Positions 1 through 13,700 of a stretch of 64,000 bases of DNA are shown piece by piece. Both the position numbers and the translations under genes were made by a program. Source of the stretch: Bugula neritina (lineage: Eukaryota; Animalia; Bryozoa); the NCBI GenBank assembly GCA_964035545.1, contig OZ037773.1, forward strand, positions 3,749,751-3,813,750. The letters are read 5' to 3'. The notes below the pieces were generated by a model, which was given only the letters and a program-made list of their open reading frames with translations, was not told the origin of the DNA and ran no database searches. The first letter of the stretch is position 1. Every line of letters begins with the position of its first letter.

Positions 1-1594
1 GAGCTCTGCTGGGAAGGGTGCTGCAACTCTACCACCCCATCCTTCTAATGTGGCTTGTGGGTTCTCTTCTCAAGATACTGGATTCCTACCAGTTGGTTTC
101 TACGCTTCTCCGATTCACCAAATCAGCAACTCTCAAGGCTCAGCTGTTACTAACTCTCACACAGATGGTTTTATGACCAACCACCTTGCTACTGCTGTCC
201 ACTCCCACACGAATGGTGTCATGACCAACCACTTTACTCCTGGTGTCAACTCCTATACGAATGATGTCATGACCAACCACCTTGCTACTGGTGTCAACTC
301 CTATACGAATGATGTCATGACCAACCACTTTACTCCTGGTGTCAACTCACACACGGATGGTGTTGCTGCTGCTACATCTCATCATGTAGCTCATACCAAA
401 GCAGAGAGCAACCAAGCTCCATATTCCAATCATACTCCATTAATGTCAAATCAACGGAGTCTTTGTTCGTTAGACATTGCATCTGACCTGCACCCCTGGC
501 CTTCGTTCAGTGCCGTGAGTAGACAACAGACCACCAAGGTGTCTGGGGGAGATAATTCGAGTCTGAATCTGAGCGAAGAAGTAAGTTAAATAATGCAAAT
601 GTATGTTAAACAGTGCAGCTGTAAGTTAACCGGTGAAGCTGTAAGTTAAATAGTGCAGGTGTGAGTTTAACAGTACCTTTGTGAGTTTCAGTAAAGTACA
701 TACAGTTGGTGCATACTCTGATAGGTTAGTACTCTGTATATGAATATATGAAAGCCTTAAAGTATTTAAGATAAAGTTTTACAGTAAGTTATAATCAATT
801 CACTAGGTTCATATTGTTACCTACAAACTATACTGTTACAACGTGATACTTGGTTTTACTTCCAACTCTGTATCTTTTGTTTTAGCTGAATGATAAACTT
901 TCTTTTCGGGAACTGTTATCTTCAGACAAGGTTTGTTTTAATCAATTTAAATCTTTGTGTTTTTATTCAAGGAGTTAATACTACTTTGATGTAGAGTCCA
1001 TTTTTACATTTTGCATCCTGGTTCATTTTTTTCCAATGAAAATGTGTGCCACTCCTTGGTCATAATTCAGGTATTTTTAGTTTACTTTTATCTACAACTC
1101 TTAGTAACATATAATATCAATAATTTTGTATAATATATAATATAATATAATGTATGGCATACTATATAATATATAAGGGTATATTATATAATGCATATTC
1201 ATTATCATCAGAACCATAAAATATGTATTTATCCAGGGTTATTCTCTCTTGTTTTAGAATTTAGATAGTGTGATGAGTACGGGCTCCAGCTTATCCACCC
1301 CGCCATCTAGTCTAGGTCAACCCAAAGAAAAATCTGTACGAGACGTGGTAAGTTGGCATCTGGGTGCCAGTTTGACAGTGTTTTATCTTATTACCAGAGC
1401 TAGTAATACTTTAGTGAGTAAGGTATAGTCACTAAATAACTGGTAGAGTCACTGGTAGTGGTAGTAGCAGCAGTAGTGGTGGTGCAGTAGTGGTAGTAGT
1501 AGAAGTAGTAGTAGTAGTAGTAGTAGTGGTAGTAGCAGCAGTAGTGGTAGTAGTAGTAGTAGTAGTAGTGGTAGTAGTGGTAGTAGTAGTAGTG

Positions 1595-1648
<54 letters not shown>

Positions 1649-1653
1649 ATAGC

Positions 1654-1684
<31 letters not shown>

Positions 1685-1740
1685 ATAGTAGTAGCAGTAG
1701 CAGCAGTAGTAGTAGTAGTAGCAGTAGTAGTAGTAGTAGC

Positions 1741-1772
<32 letters not shown>

Positions 1773-4700
1773 CAGCAGTAGTAGTAGTAGTGGCGGTAGT
1801 GGCGGCAGTGGCAGTAGTAGTGATAGGGGTGGTGGTAGTAGAGGTGCTAGTTGTAGTTTAGTCACTGCAGTAAGGGTATTTGTAGTAGTGTAGTCCCTAG
1901 GACACAGGTGCTTGGGGTAGTATAGTCACTAGGGCGCAGGTACTTGTAATTTCCTCTGTATTTGCAGATTATGGGCCAATAATCTACAACTGGAAGGCAG
2001 TCTCTCTATATCCCAGAACCATGGCTATGCTTGCCATCTCTTTGAATCTGATAACAGCGTGGAATATCAGTTAACTCTTATTGTCACAACACAACCTTAC
2101 ACATTATTTTATATTTATTATGCCGCTTGTTATTTTTCTTCTCTTTAACTACCTTTTACAGTCAGTATATTGCAATGTCTTGAGATACAATGTAATTGTG
2201 GAACCTTGTTTTTGCCGTTTTCCAACTATTCTTTATAATATGTTGTATATTGGCAGTATAGTTTTATTTGACTGTAAGAGTTATAAAAATTTGTCAGAAT
2301 TGTAAAGTTTATATTTCAATTCGAAAAAATTAATTTGCATTTTTTTTTTCATTTTGAAGTAATATGTCTGCTAGTTGTGGGTTTGAAGGTGACTGTTTGT
2401 CCGGTTCTTTATTCGCATCTCTTAAGGGAGTCAAAACTGTCAGAGATCCATCTTTCTGTACAAGAATATTTTCACCCCCTGATGTACTTTGGCTTTCCAT
2501 CTGGTTGCAGTTTTGGTGCTGTACATCTATGGGTTGAGGGTAAAAAACAGTGATTGAGATAATATTTTAGTTTTATGGATTTGCCTACTTCTTGCCTCAT
2601 TTAATTTTCCTGAGTTTTTTCAACATCTATTACTTTTCATTCCGATAATAATATGACCTGTTTCCACCTGTTGGTGTGCTATTGATAAGCATTTCAGACT
2701 GACTGTGGATAGTATTTGTCTGGCATTCTGACCATTGTACGAATAATAAAGCTTCTTTGCTTATATTCCAGCAATTTGATTGGTTGATGGTATGTCATCC
2801 AAGCTTTAAATCATCGATCAGAGGTGCAGGCGAAACAGCTCGATGTATCTTTATCGTGATGCTTGTTATTAGATTTAGACTTCACATTTCTGGGTTTGCC
2901 ACAGAAGATACGAGAATGTTCTGTTTCAGTACCAACGTTAGCATTTGATGAGATCGTATTTCCTGGCTAGTTGTTAACGTTTTCTACAAACTTCCATTTA
3001 CTCTAAATGCTTGTGTCTCGTTAGATTGGCTTTGGTTGATAAAGTAGCCGGGTTTCCTTGGTAGCTATAGCTTGAGATCTTTGATAGAATAAACATAGTC
3101 GAGTTTCTTCATAGTCGTCTCTCTGTCTTCTTTGGTTTGAGTGATAGTTTCATTGTATTAGCATGTCACAGTTTTTGTTCGGCTTGCCTCCCTCCGTTTT
3201 GAGAAGTTATAAAATGTCTATGTTAAGTCTGTGCTTCATATTAATGCAAACTTTCAACCTCAGATTCGAACCAATAGTTAGACTAGAGTCGCTTGCTGAT
3301 CCATAGCCAGCAGATGAAAAAGTGGATAACAGCGAAAGGTTTAAATATATAAGTTTCGAATATTCTTCGTGTTGCAAGTTTTGTCTGAGAAATGTATAAT
3401 TTCTCGATTTATTAAAATGAAAGCAGAAAACAGTTTACTATTCGAAGGGATGTTGATGCAAACAGGTTCTTCAAGTTGTCTGCCCTGGCAGTAGTGGGAT
3501 ATAATAATTTCAGAGTTAATATGACATTAGTAAGTCCTTGCATCCTTCAACTTTATTTTCATTATATGATGACTATTGTCAAAGGTTGAATATATTTTTT
3601 ATGAATGTCTACCAAATGTCTAAGGTGGACATTGTATTATGCTAATTTGTGCTTTTCCTACATAGTTGTGTTGTGAAATTAAACTCGTCAGCAGTCATGC
3701 AAAGATCATAATAAATAATATCTACAGAAACAATGCAGCAAAATTTTTCAATCTCTTCACTAGGTTTATAATGGTTTTACCTATTTTAGTTTTCCACGGT
3801 TGAGCTATGCATGTATCTTGTATTTTAATCAAGAAACTTGTTGCAGACACAACTTTGATACTTATTTAATTCATTCTTCAATATACGGATTTTCAGTTTT
3901 TGCTGTGCTGTCTTATTGTTGAATTGTTATGTGCACCTATCAAAAAACAGTTATGCTGATAGGCATAACTCAAAATTAAGTAAAGTTGTTCTCAGTGGTA
4001 TGAAATATAGTGTGTAGGTGGACTTATAAATAACATGGATAATATGCAAATAGAGCAGAGCTGTGAATACATAAAAAATACAAGTTGAAGGGACTTGGGT
4101 TGTCAAAGCAAGTGATCAACCTAGAATTGTAAAGCACAACCAGACCGAAGCCCTAATCCGAATAGGAGCTAGAGCTAAAGCTAACAAAGTTTGGTTGGGA
4201 CACCAAGTCCTGAGCTTCGTCGAAGATTATTGGTCAATAATTGAAGATAATAATTACCAAAATTTATTGGTTAATTAATATTTCGTAAATCTATTTTAAT
4301 ATTAATTTTTCTGGTAGTTTTTGTTGGTTTTTATATGATAGCTGGCATTACCAGCAGAAAAATAACAAAATTCAATTCTGAGTATCCAGAACGAATCGCA
4401 CTTAGTGTCACGCGAGTAGGCCTAATAATATTACTACCCGTAGCTAACGTCATGCTGTAGACATTAAGTACAAGTAAACATTGTTTAACAAAATATCGGT
4501 GTGTTAAATAATTTGTTTTATTACGGTTTGCGCTAAAATATTTTTCTAATTAAGCGATAATGTTATAAAAAAAAATAACTTTTAAAATTAAATTTACAAA
4601 AACCATTCTGTACGTCATCAAGTATACAAAGTAAACTAAACTAAAAGTGTAATACAAGGGAGATTAATCCTAAATCTCATTTGTACAGAATTTTGAGTCC

Positions 4701-7700
4701 TCCGTATATTTGTGTAAAAAATAATTTTGAAACATTTAGGAGTTGTCTTCTTTAAAAATTATTCGCAATCAATAATTCTTTCTGTTATTGACAGAATTCG
4801 TAGCGGAATTACATCTCTATCAGCTCATAACATCTACATACAAAGGGTCAAAGTTTACTACAAACTCGATCACTGAAAAAAACTGAAGATTTTTAGCTCG
4901 AAAACTAATAATAGGCGATTGTGCAGGTTTGTGCGGGTTTGTGCGGGCCTCGAAATCGATTTTTTAGTTTTTTAGGTCTTAGAATCAGGGGAAATTATCA
5001 TAATTATAACTAAACTTTATTCCATTTCTGAATTTAATGATACAATTACTTGATACTGATACTCACTTGATAGTAATAATAATAGTAATGCTGATGACAT
5101 TTATATTCATAGTTTTAAATTTAATCAAAGTACTTCAGAATAAATAGAATTAAGTAACCATTGAGGCGCAGTTTCAGTTTGAGTTAGTCAGTTACTGTTA
5201 GTGTTAGTGTTACGCTTACTGTTACTTTTAGTTTTAGTGTTATTCTTATTGTTAGTGTTACTCATACTGTTAGTGTTACACTTGCAGTTAGCGTTACAGT
5301 CACACTTAGACTTAGAGTTAGTCTTACTCTTAAGCCTTAGTCTTACAGTTACTCATAGTCATAGTCATACTGATGGTCATGGTGATACTCATACTGGTTA
5401 CATCAGTCTCAGACTTGCTCTTGGTGATAGTTTCCATTACTCATTAGTCATTAGTCTTTATGGTTGAGTTATTACTTATTAGTTACAAATATTAGTATTA
5501 CTTATTACTATAAGATTAGCCTTAGGTCTATAGCTATAAGTTAAATTTATAGTAATAACTAATACTAATACTAACACTGCAGATAAGCTCTTCCATCTGA
5601 TGTAAATGTTAATACATAGCAGCCAGTAACCTATTTATGTAACAGTAATAGGCTAATAGTTAAATACTAATAGTAATAGTAATACTGATAGGCAATAGCT
5701 ATTGCATATACTTCATATTATAGTTTTTCATTATAATTTTATTGTAAAACTAAATCTTAATCTATTACTATTACTATAAAATTAAACCTAAAGTTCTATA
5801 AGTATAACTATTATTATTAGTTTTATACTTAGTCTTATAGTTATACTAATGCTTACTCTTAATATTTTTGTCAAATTCAATGACTATTACTATTAGTATT
5901 ACTGTTAGTATTACTTTTAGACATTTCGATTTAGTATTTGGTATCACTTTTGCTATCGCTTTTACTATTATTCGTACTAATAGTATTATTAATTGTTTTT
6001 TATTTATTTTAATTTTATAAATACAATTAGTAATATTTATCCATTACTATTAATTATTCATTATGAATATAATAGCATTATATCATTGCAATATAACCAT
6101 TAATGATCTTTTTAGTTGATCTTTATTATGTCTGAACCAAAGCCACCCTCAGGAGCAAAACCAGCATCTTATAACCGGTCACTAACCAAACCAGTTCAAG
6201 CGACAGGTGAAGGAGAGGGAAACTCCACACTTGAGAATCTGAGTCAGCTGAAGTCTTCTGTTGGGTAAAAAATCTGCTTAAATCTTTGAAAACATTTATC
6301 TTTTTGTTTTTTTTCAAGCTGGAGTTAATAATTTTTAATGGCCAAAAGCATTTATTCATCCACAAAAACTAAGAATTCAGTTTTTTGATGTTATACAGCA
6401 CTACATTTAGCCTTGTTTTTTTCTGACTATCAGCTGTTGAAAAAGCATTATCTATTTTAGTGACTGGTTTGTTTTGTTAGGTTCAAATCTCGTGAGCATG
6501 GTGGAGTGCACATTGGTACATTTAAGTGCGTGGTGAGTATGTACGCATATTTTCAGTACTTTGCTTTTTACAATGAGTACATGAGTACTATATAGAAGTA
6601 ACTACCTGTATATGCTCGCTTACTAATCAGTCTGCTGTTACAGGCCCGCAATGTGCCAGAGGAGTACCTCTCTTCTCAATGCTTGAAATGGCAAGTGGCT
6701 TTCTGTGATCTAAAAAAGTCAATTAGCGAGCATGACTTGTTTTCTGTAGAGAACTCTTGCCTCTTCAGTGTTTCGTTTGATCCTCAGACAAAGACGTAAG
6801 ATTTGTTTTAATAATGTATAACTAACTGGTTTTTCATGTAAATATTATTCATTGCATCTTAGCCCATACATAAACGCCTGGAGTTATTTTTTTAGATTAT
6901 GCATTAAATAGAAAGTGCAACTCTATCACGTTGAGTAAGTAAACTTTAGTTCCCATTTCCATCCCCTTTAGATTGTTTTATTGGTACTAACTATGTTTTA
7001 TGTTTAAATATTAATGTTTGGGTGGTAACACTTCTACTAGTCTTACTATTGTGTGGGCTCTTTTGGATATATCTGTTGTCTGAAAATATCTGGTGTTTCT
7101 ATCAGAATTGGAATGAGGTCTTCTTTCCTGGTAGATAATAGTCATAGATAGTAGAGCTGCGTGATATAGAGGAACTTTATTATCTAATAGTGCAAATAAA
7201 GTGCTAGCTTAATACAGTAATCTGGAAAAGGATCTTGCGTTTAACATTGCCCATGGATCATGTAGAAACATTATTCATTTAGTATAATAAAATATGACCA
7301 AGCATGTAAACAGCTATTGCTAATTAATAGCTTTGTCTAACTACCATATTAACAATAGATTATAAAACTGCAGCATGCTAATATTAGATGAGTATAATAT
7401 TGGATTGAGTAGAAGAATTTGTGTTAGTAAGTTGTCTTACCTATCCCACATCCTATCACTCAAACTCAACTCCTCTTCTGTTATTCAGTTGTGGCTGTTG
7501 CTAGTTATTGAGATTTGTGATATTTTTTTATTAAGTTATTTCATATTTTTTTATATTCATTTCTTTTCATTTTAATGTAAGAATTTGACTAAACTTTCCT
7601 GATATTGTATAAATGAATTAGAACTCACTCATCCAAGTTTATAGTCGCTATCCCTGTGAGAAAACTCATGATGTAATTTTTTTTTAAAATCAGGCTAAGG

Positions 7701-10700
7701 ACTTATTCAGATATGGCACAGGAACAATGATGACTGGATGCTCTTCCTAACATCTCCAATGGCCTTTACTGGGTTCAAACCCATGACTCCGCGTTTACTA
7801 AGCCAGCGCTCTAACTCCTAGACCACAGCTGCTCCTTATTTATTATTGAAATTAGAACTGATTCGGTCTATGCCAATGCCTGGGTCAGATTAAATATTGA
7901 TTCAACATTATTTTAAACATGCTTCTTTCGACATTGTACGAAGGCTGTTATTGCAGGTTGGAAGTGAAAGTGAAACTGGGTATGTGTGGCTCAACGGACC
8001 CTGAAAAGATAGAAGAGCGGAGGAGAAAGCACAAACTTCTTCATGGTAACTCTTAGCATTAAAGGTTTACTTTTAGTGTGAAGTATTTTCTTAACTTTTC
8101 AGGCAATCTTTTTTATGAGCTCTGGACTTGAAGATGTAAACATATTTTCACTTAAAATCCTTTCACTTAAGGATACAAACTATTTAATAGTTTTTCCAAT
8201 TTTACACCTCTACCCTCAGTATGTTGCACGCAACCCTTGTGTTGGCTATTTCTATTTGCTATTTAGTACTTTAGTGTCACACATCTTTAGGGTTCTTATC
8301 ATTATTAATATGTGCATAGTTTTCAGTTCAAGGATTGTTTACTTTGTTCACAAGTATTTCCAGTCTTACAAGTTTGGTTTCTTTCTATAAGGCTTTGGTG
8401 AAGTTGAAGAGCATTATGGGGTAGGAGATGGTCATGTCGTTGTGCCGTTTGTAAGGCTTATCAACATACACACCAAGAAGGACATCTGCCGTGTACTCTA
8501 CCTGCCACCTATTTATGACTCCAGTAAGTAGTCTTTTGCTTTTTTGTTTCCTCTAAGTTTCATCCCCTCGGCTTTAGAGAGAATCTAATGTTTCCGTCAG
8601 AAGACTCCTATTTCATCATAAGTCTCTGAAACTAGTCATTTGCAGTGTTTAACATTTTTACATTTCGGCAAGTTTAAGCCATAAATTCACCACTGTTGGG
8701 ACAAGTTTCAAGGTCACTCATGATATCGTGATGAACTATTAATATTATGCGCACCAATGGTATCGATAGCATTTGTATTCAATATGTTTTAAGGTGTTAT
8801 AATAAATATTATTCGGGGGAGGAAACTTGCATATATCTACGATCTTCAATATGTTGAAAAGTGTTGTAGTGTGTTTTACCTTTGTATATTTCCTGTAAGT
8901 ATGATATTTCGTGCTGCCGTTTATACCATAATTATAATATGCATGTTGACAGTTTGGAAGAATATTCATTATTTTTCATTAGTCTGTTGGTTGTTGCAGA
9001 TGTATATGTTACTCCTATTGTGAAGGGCTGTCAGGCTGAGGAAGAGAGCTCTACTCTAGTTTTTCATCTCAAGACGTCAGCCAAGACCAGTGAGTTGGGA
9101 AATCAATTCTTTCATTTCCATAAGTAGACGTAGATAAAAGCTGTTCAAATATAGACTGGGCACCTGTTTTTTCTTTACTCTCTGGAAGACAGGCTGTGTT
9201 TTAGCCACGCTGTGTTTTGTAGTTGAATGGGTTGTGCTGAGCAATGAGTTGAAAGAGTTGGAACGGATTAAGATTCCCTCAAACAAATTTTTGGATAAGA
9301 AAGTAGAGGTTAGCTATAATTCCGAGGCCCTTCGAGGTTGCACTGATGTCTATGCTTCTCTTATGACCGTGAATGAACTGAGGAGTGAACCAGCCACAAA
9401 ACTCTGGTTCAACGGCCAAAGACTTCAGAAGCCAGGTACTGCGATATCTGCCACATTCATCAATATTATTTATTTATTTATTGTTATTATTTGTGTTAAA
9501 TCAAACTGATTATAAGTATTATTTTTATTTATTTCTGAGTATGTTGAAAAACGTAATATACTGATTGTTTGTTACTAGACAATGCCGCTCCTGTGACACC
9601 GGCTGTCCCACAGCAGGTCTCTCACACAACTGTAAGTCTTCTACTTGTCATATTCAAGTGTTAACTTAATATATTTCAATTGTTAATCAACTGCTCTATA
9701 CAGCATATTGTTTGTTGGAACAAGTGGCTATGGTTGTAATATAAGTAGTTATGGTTGTAATATAAGTGACTGTGGTTGTAATATAGGTAGCTAAAGTTGT
9801 AATACAAATGGCTATGGTTGTAATATAAGTGACTGTGGTTGTAATATAAGTAGCTATAGTAGTAATATGAGTTGCTATGCACTAATGTATTTTTTCTCGT
9901 TTTCATAACTGTTGACATTTGTTTTGATGCTGAAAATTTAGTGTTGCTACAACTCTGCCCAATCATGAAGGGGTATTGTCCAATTACATGGGGGGATATG
10001 TCTAGTTAGTAGTTTGTATTTGGAACTGGGTTTGTTAAACGATCCTTGAGATCATCTGGTGTGTCTGTTCCAGGCTGTCAGCACGCACCCCGTTGAAGTA
10101 GATGAGGTGGAAGTAGATGTTGAAGAAGATGACCTTGAAGAAGGTGACCTTGAAGCAGATGGCACCAGAACAAATGTTATGGCTGTTGATTTGGAAGATG
10201 TTCAGGTTAGTTGTGACGTAGTTGACCAATGCTTCACTGTGTCAGTTATAGATGCTTTGTAGAGCATATGAAATACATTGAAGTTTTATGCAACTATTTA
10301 TCCTGTATACTATTTTTCACCTTGATATTAATAGGATTCATGTATTACTGGTGATGGTGTGGTTACACATGAAGTCCACCCAAACCAAGGTACAGCCTTC
10401 CAACTATACTATCCTATGTTATTCTTGTTTTATGATTATGGAAATAGTATTTCCATGTAGTATTGCCAGCCTTGAGTGGTAATCAAATAATACAATAAAA
10501 CCCCAGTTTACATGGTCACACAGCTTTCAAAGCTCTCTCTAAGTAACTGTGTGGGAGAATAGAAGTACCACTCTCATACTAAGGTTGTTTTATGGTTAAA
10601 CAAATATTTATATTTTCATCAAAGTTTGTTGAGAAATCTAGAATTTTATATACCTAGTAATGAGTGTTGAAATTTTCTTGTTGCTTTTTTCTGTCTACAC

Positions 10701-13700
10701 GTTGTGTATCGGTGTTTATGTTAAATTGTAGATGCTATAGCAAGTCAGGCAGACATTCTTAGAGATGCTATTACGGAAGCAAGCATTGCAGATGAGATTA
10801 AAAGAGTAAGTAAATCTGCTTGTCATTTGATAGATTTCACTTTTTTCATAGAGTTTTAATTTCTTTCAAGAATTTCAGTTCGTTGAATTAAATTATCTAC
10901 TTGTCAGCAGCGGTGGTTTAGTGGTTATAAAGCTGGCTTAGCAAAAACAAGGTCAAGGGTTCAAATCTTACATTGTGTGTATTTAATTGGTGTTGTACTT
11001 CATTTTTCATAATTATAAACTGGTGTATCAGAATTATGTGCATTTGTTAAAGTGTGCCTTATCTGAGGAACCGCACTGTGGAAATTCTTCCCTTGCTGAA
11101 GACTTCAAGCCACGTCTTTGTGTAAGTTATCCCAAGCTTAAATGCAAGTTATTGCATGTTCGTGTGTAAGTTTTCTTATATTCCCGAGTAAGATATTTAC
11201 GGCTACGTGCAGATAATATGCTTCTGATTAGCTGGAAGCTCTTTTGATTCCCAGGATGTTACTTTTGTTCTGTTTTTGTCTTCTTCAGGCTCTAAGCGCA
11301 AACCCAGTAGACGAAGATGATGGGAAGTTGAGTCTTTTTGGTTCAGCTAAAGAGGTTAGTTTTTGGAGTTATCTTCTTTGCAGCATGTATGTTTGTAAGG
11401 CAAGTATTTCAATGAGATGGAAGTGAATAATCTTAAATAGTTTTTTAACTTGCATAATTTTATTGCAGTGAAATTTACTAAGTCTACCTTTTATAAGGCA
11501 TATGCATTAGAATATGTATCATATTGAAGGGTAAATATGGACTATGAGTGCATTAAATAATGTACCTGATACACATTTGTCTTCAATCACCAAAGAGTAT
11601 TGTTTACATATGATTATGTCAGTTAGAATGGGTATATCTCATGCTCTCTAATAATCCATGAGAGTGCAGGAAATATCTCACAATTGTGATAAAACTCAAA
11701 CTGACCTTTATTTGGTCTAAGGATAATATCTAGCTCTTAATTTTGTGTTTCTATTGAAAGAATGAGATTATGCGTCTCCCATGGGTTGAGGAGACTTTTC
11801 AGGAAGTGATGTCATCGGATAGCTGTGAGAATTACGACATGATGAAAGGATTCCCAGATTTGGGTTTGTAGATACCAGCACTATCTAATACAGTGCAAGA
11901 GCTCAGTCTAGAATCCTGTTGCGTTAGCCTTAAAATCTAAAGTTTAACTCACAGGTTGAAAGTGGAACTACACATTTCTGTACTTATATTCCTTAAAACT
12001 ATGCTATTTAAGCCTTGTTATTGTGATTAGTGTTATTATTAAAGACGTAATATATAAATTAGGTTTCTCTGATATTCTTATACTATTCTAGATGATGATG
12101 CCAATACTCCCTATGCTGTCGTTGAGACATATGGTGAGGTGAGTGTTTCAATTACCATGATTGGTTTTGCATTCTGCTGTCATTGTCGTAATATTTGAGC
12201 TATTTCAAGTGAAGCATATTACTCATAGGAGTAGACTGTGTTACATCCTGAATTATCTAACTATAAAATAGCCCTGTTTCTGCTTTGAGTTTGGTTAGTA
12301 GTTTAGTTTGTTAGTGATGTACAAGATTCTCTGAATTACATGCGTGTTATAGACAAGTGCTTTGTCCTATGGTTTTGAACAAACCAATCTATTCTTATAA
12401 GCTATAAGCTAACAAATGAACTAAATAAGTTATAAGTTAATAAATCTACTAGATATGTTTATAAGGTAGGGTAGGGTGAGGCTAGTTGAACAAAAACTTG
12501 CATTTTTGAGCGCAAGTTTCAAAGAATGTTTTACCAATCGAAGAACAGCACTATGAAAGTCAGTCATATGGTGCTGTCTTTGTCTATTGAAACCAAATGG
12601 ATAAACATTTTATTAACTATTCTGTGGTGAAAGATGAATGTGTTATGTTTATCTGCTTTAGGTTGAAAGTGAGTATACGGTTGAAACAGAAGATAAAAGA
12701 AGAGCATACGATGGAGGGGAAGGTGATGGAGGCGTGCTCAGTGAAGTAAGATTTGCAATAATTATCCCTTTGAATGAGCTTTTTTTCTGCATTCAGTGTA
12801 TCCTGAAGTTTATAACCAGTAAAATATTGACGTTGGTGTACGTTATAGCTCCAAAGGTAAACTAGAGATGACAGGCTGACTATCTATGATGTGGTTATTT
12901 GCTTGACAATTTACTACAATTTTCAGTGAAGAACTTTTGTCTTAATTCAAAGCCGTTTTGAAAGTTTTATATCTCAAGATTGAAAAGAAACTGTAACAAG
13001 TCACATAAAGGGCTAATTCAGATTTTCTCCTATTTTCAGCACAATAAGGCCGTGTTGGATGGACCGGTTATGATGGAGCTGTTAGGGTCTATCCAACCTC
13101 CAGGTTGTAGCAGTCATGCACATCCAAGAAAAGATTTACAAATTCCAAAGAAACTCCTGATTGAGCCACAGAGTACGAGAAGTTATGAAATGACTTTCAA
13201 GTCTTCAACCACCGTACGACCGCCACAACGTGATTCGCCATCCAACTGTGTGACTGATATACTAGGACAAAACTGGGGATTGGATCAGTTATTTGGTTGT
13301 GATAATTCAGGAGTAAGTGTGCTTCAACTTACCCATATCTAGTTGAAATCCGTAACTTACTCATATCTGGTCACAATCAATAACTTACTACCTAATTTCT
13401 AATTAATATTTCTCTCACGAGTGTGTGTGTAAATTAGTCAGTATGACAATTTATTTTAAGGGATATATTTGTAGAAACAGAGGGTTTAAGGATCTTAATC
13501 TGGGTTTTCTAGCTTGTAATTGAAGGTAGACTTGTTGGGAAAGTTAAGTTGCGTTTATACCTCTGCTGAAAAAAGTACCGAGTTTAAGTTAATAATGCTT
13601 GTCCGGGTACCCCTTTATAGTCAAGCTGAAACTCGTTGAAATCATATTGATGCGGTTGCTCACTTTCTGAAATTGAAATTTGACTCGCATAATAGCTATT

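Noticed and set aside
1449-1865. Poly-Leu and poly-Val ORFs
   Set aside because: Translations of the (GTA)n intronic microsatellite.
10904-10972. Functional tRNA gene
   Set aside because: A and B boxes are present but no consistent cloverleaf or acceptor stem is visible; better explained as a SINE head.
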